IMG/VR virus record: IMGVR_UViG_3300037583_000020
Location: 1 to 32,313 of that record
Source: a virus
Taxonomy: Duplodnaviria > Caudoviricetes
Length of the DNA: 32,313 bases
Reading direction: 5' to 3' (one strand)
A program made the position numbers and the translations under genes. The notes beneath the pieces are model-generated. The model was not told the DNA's origin. It worked only from the letters and a program-made list of their open reading frames with translations, and searched no databases. Positions 1 to 6,903 of this stretch are shown here, piece after piece. Every line of letters starts with the position of its first letter. Within the stretch, counting starts at the first letter, position 1.

Positions 1-27
1 TGCCTGGAAAAGGCGAAAATAAATTGT

Positions 28-114
28 GCCGAAGTGGTGGAATTGGTAGACACGCTAGCTTGAGGGGCTAGTGAGCACATTTCGCTCGTAGGGGTTCGAG
101 TCCCCTCTTCGGCA
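28..114 (+). tRNA. tRNA-Leu(GAG)
   Basis: Acceptor stem GCCGAAG/CTTCGGC, D region TGGTGGAATTGGTAGACAC, anticodon stem CTAGC/GCTAG around loop TTGAGGG (GAG at 62-64), long variable arm, T arm AGGGG-TTCGAGT-CCCCT, discriminator A114. CCA is not encoded and a T-run follows. Confidence 0.96.
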
Positions 115-208
115 CTCTTTTTTTATACTTTATTCCCCCGTAACCGACTGAAAACAAAATGGTTATAGAAACAATTAGAAACATTAAGACAAAACAAAAA
201 ACAAAAAA

Positions 209-251
209 ACTGCCACAAAAACGACCACACCGCCACAAAAACTGCCACACT
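209..251 (+). repeat. Four ACnRCCACA units (imperfect 20-bp tandem repeat); candidate integrase arm-type sites
   Basis: ACTGCCACA 209-217, ACGACCACA 221-229, ACCGCCACA 229-237, ACTGCCACA 241-249, about 100 bp from the tRNA 3' end. Confidence 0.6.
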
Positions 252-257
252 TTACGA

Positions 258-336
258 TAAAAGAAAAAAAGAAAAGAAAAAAGAAAAAATCCCCCCTGCA
301 CCCCCCTTTAAAGAAAAAAGAAAAGAAAAAAAGAAA
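258..336 (+). repeat. A/G-rich imperfect direct repeat flanking a C-rich core
   Basis: Two AAAGAAAAAA(A)GAAAAGAAAAAA(A)GAAA tracts flank CCCCCCTGCACCCCCC (291-306). Confidence 0.6.
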
Positions 337-368
337 TAGCCCGTATCAGTAAATAAATTTATCTATAA

Positions 369-974
369 TCAACGAGATAAAATGAGATATTTATCAATTA
401 CAGAGATAATTTTTTTCATCATAATATTTATACAAGTATTATTTCTAGACTCTATAATAGACTCTGCATAGCATATTAAAGTATTATTTCTATCCATTAA
501 GCCGATGGAGAAGGAATAATCAACATCTCTGAGCGGGTATAGCCCGCCACCCACTGACATTGCCGAGTAAGTCGCACTATTCCCACTTGCCGTCATTTGA
601 CCAATTGTAAAAACACTGCCGGGAAGGTAGAAGGTGTTTTCTCTTGTCCCCTTCAGATAAAAAACAAGAATACCGTCAATATTGTTCTCATCTAGGATCC
701 CCACAAACTCATCTTGGCTATACTTTTTGAATGGAGAGAAAAGCTTAAACCCTTGAATCGCTTCACCGCCCCGCTTCCGGATCTCCACCACGCCTTGAGT
801 CTCTACCCTCTTAATGAAATCCATATCATCAATAATAGCCACAACCATGATCTTCTTAAATTTTACACCCGAATATTCAGGAATAGTCACTACTGACTTA
901 ACTTTTACACAACTCCATAATAAGAAAAACACGATAATTAAAAACAATAACTTGTTTCTCATCTTTACCCCCAA
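369..974 (-). CDS. Predicted lipoprotein, hypothetical (real start probably the ATG of MRNK at 962)
   Basis: MRNKLLFLIIVFFLLWSC has a basic N-region, hydrophobic core and lipobox-like Cys. An alpha/beta periplasmic-type domain follows. Confidence 0.75.
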   Translation of the reverse strand: MGVKMRNKLLFLIIVFFLLWSCVKVKSVVTIPEYSGVKFKKIMVVAIIDDMDFIKRVETQGVVEIRKRGGEAIQGFKLFSPFKKYSQDEFVGILDENNIDGILVFYLKGTRENTFYLPGSVFTIGQMTASGNSATYSAMSVGGGLYPLRDVDYSFSIGLMDRNNTLICYAESIIESRNNTCINIMMKKIISVIDKYLILSR

Positions 975-1009
975 ATAAAAAAATAAATTATTAATATAAA
1001 TTAGTCAAC

Positions 1010-1041
1010 AAAAAAGCCGGGGATCCTAGCGGTCCCCGGCT
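1010..1041 (-). terminator. Intrinsic terminator for the leftward genes
   Basis: AGCCGGGGA (1015-1023)/TCCCCGGCT (1033-1041) stem, followed by a U-tract on the minus strand. Confidence 0.8.
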
Positions 1042-1069
1042 GAAAAGCTATATCACCCCCCTTCTGTTA

Positions 1070-1360
1070 TTATGTTTCCTTTCCAATATGTTCCGTTGGT
1101 TTTCCGTCAGGATCTCGTGAAACCGATGCAACCCCATAAAATTTAAGCTCACCGCAGTTTTTAATTACAGGAAAATATACCCTTTTCTTTGTCCAAGCAG
1201 TAAATGGCCTTCCTTCTGGCCCATATTCCGGATGATATATCTCACTGAACGTCTCATCTAATTCTCTTTCTGACAATGTTATGTATTCCATGTCTTTCCA
1301 GCTTTCATTATTTTTCACCAGGGCCTCAGTTATCAATTCACGCCAACTTGTTTTTGCCAT
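1070..1360 (-). CDS. Phage hypothetical protein (96 aa)
   Basis: RBS AAGGA upstream. The G-x-PFTAWT-x2-RVYFPV segment resembles a recurring phage hypothetical family (recalled, not searched). Confidence 0.75.
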   Translation of the reverse strand: MAKTSWRELITEALVKNNESWKDMEYITLSERELDETFSEIYHPEYGPEGRPFTAWTKKRVYFPVIKNCGELKFYGVASVSRDPDGKPTEHIGKET

Positions 1361-1394
1361 TGCGTTATTCCTTTAGTCCCTGGTTTCGGATGTG

Positions 1395-1580
1395 TTATGA
1401 TTGGGCCAGTTCTTTATATGCTTTTTCTGCCTCTTCCCAACTATTTTCTTTTACATCACAAGAAGGATATTTTTTTAGGCCCTTCCTGGTTCCCTCAAAT
1501 TTTGTCCTAAGAGGAAGAGTGTAAACAGTTCTTCCAATCTGAATGACTCCATTTTCTCGTGAGAGAAGATACGCTTTCAT
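1395..1580 (-). CDS. Small hypothetical protein (61 aa)
   Basis: ATG preceded by GGAGGG on the minus strand. Co-oriented with its neighbours. Confidence 0.7.
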   Translation of the reverse strand: MKAYLLSRENGVIQIGRTVYTLPLRTKFEGTRKGLKKYPSCDVKENSWEEAEKAYKELAQS

Positions 1581-1619
1581 TTTATCCCTCCATATTAGTA
1601 TTTTATTTTTTTTGTTCCA

Positions 1620-1656
1620 GAAATGCTAGCCCGGGCTGAGAGGACCCGGACTAGCA
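1620..1656 (-). terminator. Hairpin, probable terminator after ORF 1704-2105
   Basis: The minus strand forms a UGCUAGUCCGGGU/GCCCGGGCUAGCA stem with G-U pairs, followed by a short U-run. Confidence 0.55.
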
Positions 1657-1703
1657 AGACAAGCCAGAAACCGAGAAAACCAAATAAACTTAAGTCGCCC
1701 ATT

Positions 1704-2105
1704 TTACACCCAATATAGCAGTTCGCCACCCAATTTGTCGATGTGATCGTGAATTTCAGTAATCATTTTTTGAGCGCGTGGAAAATCAGCCTTTCTGTAT
1801 CTTTCTATTAAGCGGACCAGTTCCTCGGAATAGCAAGGGATCACAGCGTCACAACTGAAATTTAAGACTTTTCCTTTCAACCTTTCAACCGGCACGCCTT
1901 CATTGATCCGAACGCCATATATCTTTCCCCACTTTTCTTTTAATATTCTGATCTTTTGACGCTGGATCTCATTGAGCTCGGTATCAAATTCAGTTGGGAA
2001 AAACTCCCCCTCTCTCCAAGCGTTTACGAAAATCTCGTTTTCTTTTTGCCTTATTTCTTTTAAGCCTTGTATTTTAACCCCCTTTATTAATGTTTTACCC
2101 GTCAT
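1704..2105 (-). CDS. Hypothetical protein (133 aa)
   Basis: Strong RBS AAAGGAGG, with a TTGACA element directly upstream. Confidence 0.8.
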   Translation of the reverse strand: MTGKTLIKGVKIQGLKEIRQKENEIFVNAWREGEFFPTEFDTELNEIQRQKIRILKEKWGKIYGVRINEGVPVERLKGKVLNFSCDAVIPCYSEELVRLIERYRKADFPRAQKMITEIHDHIDKLGGELLYWV

Positions 2106-2127
2106 TTTTAACCTCCTTTCGCTTATC

Positions 2128-2156
2128 TATTTAGCACAAATTGTCTTTTTTGTCAA
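2128..2156 (-). promoter_or_regulatory. Leftward sigma70-type promoter
   Basis: TTGACA (2156-2151), 17 nt, then TAAATA (weak -10, preceded by TG-n). Confidence 0.55.
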
Positions 2157-2473
2157 TTCTTTTTTTTATTTGCTTTTATTCATTTTCTACTCAATTAATG
2201 AATAAATCCCTATTCATGGTGTATGTATCTTTATGGTGTTATCTATGATCTAGAGAATATACTGGAGTAGTGTTTTAGTTTTATTGATTATTGCTAGTAT
2301 ATATATTATAATTACTAGAGTGATAACTATGTTAGTAAATAGTGTTCAGTTTCTTAACATTCTTATTCACTATAAATGGTTAAAAAAATAGAACATGGCA
2401 CCTTTTACTATTAATCACTATCGTAATACTAGGATTTTCTATGTGGTTCTAGATAAAGAAGATAAAAATACAT

Positions 2474-2501
2474 GGTTCGTATAACTAATCTTATGTTAAC
2501 T
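2474..2501 (+). other. dif-like XerC/XerD recombination site
   Basis: GGTTCGTATAA-CTAATC-TTATGTTAACT has the 11-6-11 layout. Against E. coli dif (GGTGCGCATAA-TGTATA-TTATGTTAAAT) the arms match 9/11 and 10/11. Confidence 0.85.
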
Positions 2502-2524
2502 TTTATCTTTATAAGCATTTTATT

Positions 2525-2547
2525 ATGATTTTTCCATGAAAAATCAT
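2525..2547. promoter_or_regulatory. Perfect 10-bp inverted repeat, candidate protein-binding site
   Basis: ATGATTTTTC-CAT-GAAAAATCAT. Confidence 0.45.
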
Positions 2548-2594
2548 GCTAGAATAGTCACAAAATGTCCAGAAATTGAACAATTTTTCCGGGA

Positions 2595-2646
2595 GATGGG
2601 GGGTCCCATAGGGATCCCGGGACTCCCGGGCCATCGACCGGTCGAT
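2595..2646. repeat. GC-rich palindrome cluster (candidate packaging or end site)
   Basis: GGGTCCC-ATA-GGGATCC, CCCGGGA-C-TCCCGGG (2616-2630) and the perfect palindrome ATCGACCGGTCGAT (2633-2646). The first two are enclosed by GATGG/CCATC. Confidence 0.5.
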
Positions 2647-2731
2647 ATACTTATTACACGAGAAAACACACAACTTCCCTATTTTTCTCTTCCATAAGAG
2701 ATTCCTTCTGCCGAAATATTACTATCTAGCA

Positions 2732-2760
2732 TTGACAAAAAGCCATTGATGTTTTAGCAT
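2732..2760 (+). promoter_or_regulatory. Rightward sigma70-type promoter P1
   Basis: TTGACA (2732-2737), 17 nt, TAGCAT (2755-2760). Confidence 0.65.
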
Positions 2761-2766
2761 AATATC

Positions 2767-2858
2767 AGCCTCGTAAGGCCTACGGGGAAGGCGAGGCCGA
2801 CCTCCTCGTATATCCCCCCTTAAAACCTCCTTTCACATAGGCCTCGCCTTTGGGTTTT
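2767..2858 (+). ncRNA. Candidate small RNA with anti-Shine-Dalgarno loop
   Basis: Starts at the expected P1 start site. A 7-bp hairpin (2769-2787) is followed by an 11-bp stem AAGGCGAGGCC/GGCCTCGCCTT enclosing a 41-nt C/U-rich loop, then a U-rich tail. Confidence 0.5.
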
Positions 2859-2867
2859 AAATAAGAC

Positions 2868-2896
2868 TTGACAAAAAAGCAGTGGCAGATTATATT
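2868..2896 (+). promoter_or_regulatory. Rightward sigma70-type promoter P2 for the late operon
   Basis: TTGACA (2868-2873), 17 nt, TATATT (2891-2896), about 50 bp upstream of the scaffold gene. Confidence 0.7.
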
Positions 2897-2946
2897 ATTA
2901 GTGAGGTGTCTATTATGACGCCCAGTAGTGTGTTTGGAGTTTAGTT

Positions 2947-3813
2947 ATGAGTGAGAAGAAAAAGTCCTCCCCTATTACTGGACAAGAGGACGGGCTTCAG
3001 GACCCTTCTGTCTTCAGTTTAGAAGGAGAGGGTTCTAAGGTTGGGTCTGGTGGATCTCAGGATAAAGCTCAGGAGACCAGCCCTCAGAGTCCCCCTGTTA
3101 CGGACAAGGATGATGAGGTTGTGGAAAGGCTCTCGAGCCTCATGAAGAAGAAGGGGTTCAAGAGCGTTTCCGAGCTGGTTGAGTGGGCGGAAAACTTAGA
3201 GAAGAAGAACACTGAGTTATCTCAGGACGTCCAGAGGTTGGCTTCTGTGGTTCCTCCTGGTGTTCCTCCTGTGTCTCCGGCTCCTGCACCTGGCTATGTT
3301 CCTCAGTTTATTCCGCCTCAGCAGGAAGAGGAGTTGGATTTACCTGAGAACCCTGTGGATATTGTTTCTGACAAAGAGAATTTGAAGCGGTTTGTGAAAA
3401 AGTTTAAGTCGGCTGTTTTGAATGAGGTTCGCAAAGAATTTGAGATGCGAGAATACAACCGGTATTTAGCGGAGCTTCATCGGGTTAGAAGCAGGAACCC
3501 GGCTGAGTTTGATAATTTGAGGCCGTTAATGCTTCAGATTCACAATCAGACCGGTATTCAGGATGTAGAGACTTTATACGACATGGCGAAGAAAGCTTAT
3601 GATCAGCAGATGGAAGTCTGGGCTAATGTTCTCAAGAAAAAGCTGGGATTAGATGCTGTTGACACTGAGAAGCTGAAGGGGCTTGTCTCCAGGATTCGCC
3701 AAGCACCTGTAACGTCCTCCGCCACCGAGGTAAATATGCAGGAGAGAGACATAGAGAGGGAGTCCAGAGAATTACAGAAGGCCATCATGGACGCTGAATT
3801 CTACAGCGAATAA
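2947..3813 (+). CDS. Putative capsid scaffolding protein
   Basis: Acidic, disordered N-terminus, KFKSVxEL-like motif (KGFKSVSEL) followed by a coiled coil and a Pro-rich stretch. Lies immediately before the capsid gene. Confidence 0.75.
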   Translation: MSEKKKSSPITGQEDGLQDPSVFSLEGEGSKVGSGGSQDKAQETSPQSPPVTDKDDEVVERLSSLMKKKGFKSVSELVEWAENLEKKNTELSQDVQRLASVVPPGVPPVSPAPAPGYVPQFIPPQQEEELDLPENPVDIVSDKENLKRFVKKFKSAVLNEVRKEFEMREYNRYLAELHRVRSRNPAEFDNLRPLMLQIHNQTGIQDVETLYDMAKKAYDQQMEVWANVLKKKLGLDAVDTEKLKGLVSRIRQAPVTSSATEVNMQERDIERESRELQKAIMDAEFYSE

Positions 3814-3824
3814 GGAGGACAGAG

Positions 3825-4967
3825 ATGGCCAATATTCGTGGTGCTTTCACCACTTCGAACTTTGAACAATACATCAAAAAGTATGATGTTCGGGATATGA
3901 TTTTTCAGCTCGACCCGGACATCAATCCCTTTCTTTCTCTTCTGGGTAAACTGAGCAAATTAAAAGCTCAGGATGTGGAGTTTCATTGGTTCGAGGATGA
4001 CTACATCGGCCGTTACACTCAGATCAACAATGCTACTGGTTACGACAATGCTGCTACTGACCTGGTGGTGGATGATGCTGATATTTTCCAGCCTTATGAC
4101 ATTGTGAAAAACACCCGGACCAATGAGGTAATGCTCATCACTGCCGTCAACACTTCCACCAATACAATTACTGTTACCAGAGGATGGGGTTCGACTTCTG
4201 CTGCTGCTATTAATGACAACGATTATCTCTTCCGTCTGGGTTCAGCCATGGCTGAGGGATATACTGCTCCCGATGCGATGGTCACCGCCAAGAGCCGGAA
4301 GAGCAATTACATTCAGATCTTCTCCAAAACCGTAAAGATCACCGAGACTGCTAATGCCATTGCTACTTATGGTGGAAACCGGCGGAATTATGAGCGGAGA
4401 AAGAAAGCCAACGAGCTGAAGCGGGATATCGAGGTCCAGTTCCTCTTCGGTGAGCCCAAGCTCGATTCTTCCGGTCCCCGTTATCAGACTGGTGGAGTTT
4501 ATTACTTCCTGAAAGGCACCGCTCCAGAATTGGATGCTAGTGGTTCATCGCTTACGGAATCTGCCTTCTTAGGGCATCTTGAGGATGTTTTTGCCCATGG
4601 TTCTGATGAGCGGTTCCTGTTCGCCGGGCCGAGAATCATTGGTGATATTTCAGCATTTGCTTCCGACAAACAGAGACTTACGCCTGGTCTTCAGAAGAAA
4701 TATGGAATTTCGGTTCGAGAATACCTCTCTCCTTTTGGGGTAGTTAATCTGGTTCTGGATAAAAACTTTACTGGTCCTTATGCTGGGATGGCCTTTATTC
4801 TCGATGTCAAGGAGCTGGTTTATCGGTATCTCGATGGCTTAGATTTCAAACTTCTGGTAGATATCCAGCCCAAGAATGTTCACTACCTCCTGGATGAATA
4901 CCAGGTTCACTGTGGTCTCGAAATTCACAACGCCGAGCGACACGGCATTATCTACAACGTCGCCTAA
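3825..4967 (+). CDS. Major capsid protein, DUF5309/SU10-type
   Basis: Motifs PFLSLLG, FHWFED, NYIQIFSKTVKIT, ELKRDIE and SPFG, with an inserted ITVTRGWGSTSAAA domain. Strong RBS AGGAGG. Confidence 0.9.
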   Translation: MANIRGAFTTSNFEQYIKKYDVRDMIFQLDPDINPFLSLLGKLSKLKAQDVEFHWFEDDYIGRYTQINNATGYDNAATDLVVDDADIFQPYDIVKNTRTNEVMLITAVNTSTNTITVTRGWGSTSAAAINDNDYLFRLGSAMAEGYTAPDAMVTAKSRKSNYIQIFSKTVKITETANAIATYGGNRRNYERRKKANELKRDIEVQFLFGEPKLDSSGPRYQTGGVYYFLKGTAPELDASGSSLTESAFLGHLEDVFAHGSDERFLFAGPRIIGDISAFASDKQRLTPGLQKKYGISVREYLSPFGVVNLVLDKNFTGPYAGMAFILDVKELVYRYLDGLDFKLLVDIQPKNVHYLLDEYQVHCGLEIHNAERHGIIYNVA

Positions 4968-4993
4968 TCCAGTCAGGGGTTAGTCCAAAATGA

Positions 4994-5057
4994 TGGGGGT
5001 CTCGCATGAACCCGGTCATACCTCGGCCCCACGAAGCGAGACCCCCAAATTCTTTTT
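4994..5057 (+). terminator. Stem-loop after the capsid gene (partial terminator or mRNA stabiliser)
   Basis: TGGGGGTCTCGC/GCGAGACCCCCA 12-bp stem with a 30-nt loop, then AATTCTTTTT. Confidence 0.6.
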
Positions 5058-5068
5058 AGGGGGTAATT

Positions 5069-5548
5069 ATGGCTAATGCCGAAAAAGTTGAGTTTAGAGT
5101 AAATGCCCTGAGGTATATGATTGTTATCCGACCAGAGTCTCTTTCTCTTTCTCCGGACGGGAGAATTATCCAGGTTCCCGCAAAGATCGCTAAGTTCGAG
5201 AACGGGGTTTATGTGACGAGCAACCCGGAAGAAATTAAGGCCATCAGGAACTCCATTGCTTATAAAGAGGGTGTCATTTTTGAGATCAGCGAGGTGGACA
5301 GAAAGATTGTTGAGGCTTCAATTAATGCCAAGAAGCAGAAGACTATTAGGGGGTCAATTAACACTCAAACCATAGCCCAAGAAGCCGAGGTTCCTGAAGA
5401 GACGGTTAGGGCTGAAAAGTTACGCAATCCCAAAGTCAAGTTAGAGGAGAAAAAGGCCGGGCCGTTTGTTTGTGATGTTTGCAAAAAGGAGTTTAGCTCC
5501 GAGATGGCTCTTCGGGGACACAAGATTTCCCACAGGAGAGGCAAGTAA
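5069..5548 (+). CDS. Hypothetical protein with C-terminal C2H2 zinc finger
   Basis: FVCDVCKKEFSSEMALRGHKISH matches F-x-C-x2-C-x3-F-x5-L-x2-H-x3-H. Confidence 0.8.
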   Translation: MANAEKVEFRVNALRYMIVIRPESLSLSPDGRIIQVPAKIAKFENGVYVTSNPEEIKAIRNSIAYKEGVIFEISEVDRKIVEASINAKKQKTIRGSINTQTIAQEAEVPEETVRAEKLRNPKVKLEEKKAGPFVCDVCKKEFSSEMALRGHKISHRRGK

Positions 5549-6253
5549 ATGGGTATAACCTTTTCTGACATCATTAGCTCGGTGGAAGAAAAAGGAGACG
5601 GCCGTTCTTTTTCCACTAGCTGGCACTATCGCTGGGCTAATGAGGTCAGAAGACGGGTGGCTTTAGACGCATTGGCTGGGGGTTTCCACGGGCTTTATTT
5701 TCTTTACAAAGAAGCGACTGTCGATGGTGGTTCGGTGGCTGGACAATCCAGGTATGGGCTTCCCGATGACTTTATTGACGACCTGAATGTTTGGTATGAC
5801 GGAACACTTCTTGTCAAATCACCGCCCGGAGTCATTGATATAGGCCTGGGATTACCGAGCAATGATTCAGGGTTAAACGTTACACCCAAATGGGTTACCA
5901 TGCGAGGAAGAGAGTTTGAGATCAGGCCGATCCCCACTGAGAGCGGTAAAGAGATTAGGCTTTTCTACAATGGCCTTCCGGAAGAGATAAAGGACACCAG
6001 CTTCAGTGATTATTTCTTAACCCATTTTCCTGATCTTCATATCTACGGGATGGCGTTCAAGATGGCTTTGTATATGAAGGATATGGCTTCAGCCCAGGCG
6101 TTTAAAGCCCTTTTCGAGGAAGAGAAGCAGTCTCTTATTCTCCAAAACAGAAGGCACTATCTCAAGAATGCCAAGATGAGATTTCAAAGCTGGGATGAGT
6201 TTAAGGATAAAAAGAGGATTGTATTCCCCCAGTTTAATTACGAAGGCTTATAG
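5549..6253 (+). CDS. Putative head-tail adaptor protein
   Basis: Size and position fit. Motifs GQSRYGLPDDF, IRPIP and FPDLHIYG resemble podoviral adaptor proteins. Confidence 0.7.
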   Translation: MGITFSDIISSVEEKGDGRSFSTSWHYRWANEVRRRVALDALAGGFHGLYFLYKEATVDGGSVAGQSRYGLPDDFIDDLNVWYDGTLLVKSPPGVIDIGLGLPSNDSGLNVTPKWVTMRGREFEIRPIPTESGKEIRLFYNGLPEEIKDTSFSDYFLTHFPDLHIYGMAFKMALYMKDMASAQAFKALFEEEKQSLILQNRRHYLKNAKMRFQSWDEFKDKKRIVFPQFNYEGL

Positions 6254-6264
6254 GAGGCAGAGGG

Positions 6265-6702
6265 ATGAAACTTATAGGAGTTATTGAGCTTCATAAGATA
6301 GACGGAAAAACCAAGGAAAAGATTTTTCTCTTAAGAAAGAAAAACACCATTGTTAACAATGGACTAGCTCAGATTGCTTACCTTTTAGGTGAGGCAACAG
6401 CCGAGGCGTTTACTAAGGGTGCTATTGGCGATGATGGGACGACCCCAACTACTGCTGATACTGCTTTAGGTAACCAGCTTGACGAGCAAACTGTTTCCTT
6501 CTCTAGGGTCACCACCAATGTTACCAATGATACCGCTCAGTTTACTTCGGTTCATACTGCACCAGTTGGTGGCTGGACGGTCAGGGAATATGGTTTAAAA
6601 ACCGCTAGTGGGCTTCTTTTAAATAGGGTTACATTTTCCGACGTAAATCTTGCTGAGAATGACCAGATTGAGATCACTTACAAAGTTATAGTTAGTAGGT
6701 AA
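6265..6702 (+). CDS. Virion structural protein (tail-fibre N-terminal-like domain)
   Basis: KNTIVNNG...AIGDDGTTPTTADTALGN...VREYGL pattern typical of phage tail-associated proteins. RBS AGGAGG. Confidence 0.7.
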   Translation: MKLIGVIELHKIDGKTKEKIFLLRKKNTIVNNGLAQIAYLLGEATAEAFTKGAIGDDGTTPTTADTALGNQLDEQTVSFSRVTTNVTNDTAQFTSVHTAPVGGWTVREYGLKTASGLLLNRVTFSDVNLAENDQIEITYKVIVSR

Positions 6703-6714
6703 TTTCAATGGAAG

Positions 6715-6903
6715 ATGGTTCAAATTGTAATAGAAGAAACAATAAAGCTGAAACAGCTATGGATGGAGATGTATATCGATCACATTGCTACTGATGATAG
6801 GAATATTCTAGTCTATCTACCCAAAAGTTCTGCTTTTCGTTATTCAGACTTAACACAAAGTCGTTACATCATTGAGAAGACCATAGAGGTTAATTATGGG
6901 TGA
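6715..6903 (+). CDS. Small hypothetical protein (62 aa)
   Basis: Fills the gap in the operon and overlaps the next start. Confidence 0.55.
   Translation: MVQIVIEETIKLKQLWMEMYIDHIATDDRNILVYLPKSSAFRYSDLTQSRYIIEKTIEVNYG

Noticed and set aside
68-301. 77-aa minus-strand ORF
   Set aside because: It is antisense to the tRNA and runs through low-complexity A-tracts. The Phe-rich translation is an artefact.
209-336. CRISPR-like array
   Set aside because: The repeats are short, degenerate and lack unique spacers of regular length. No cas genes are present.
2206-2470. Coding potential or iterons in the AT-rich stretch
   Set aside because: No ORF of 60 aa or more and no clear repeated unit. An origin is possible but unsupported.
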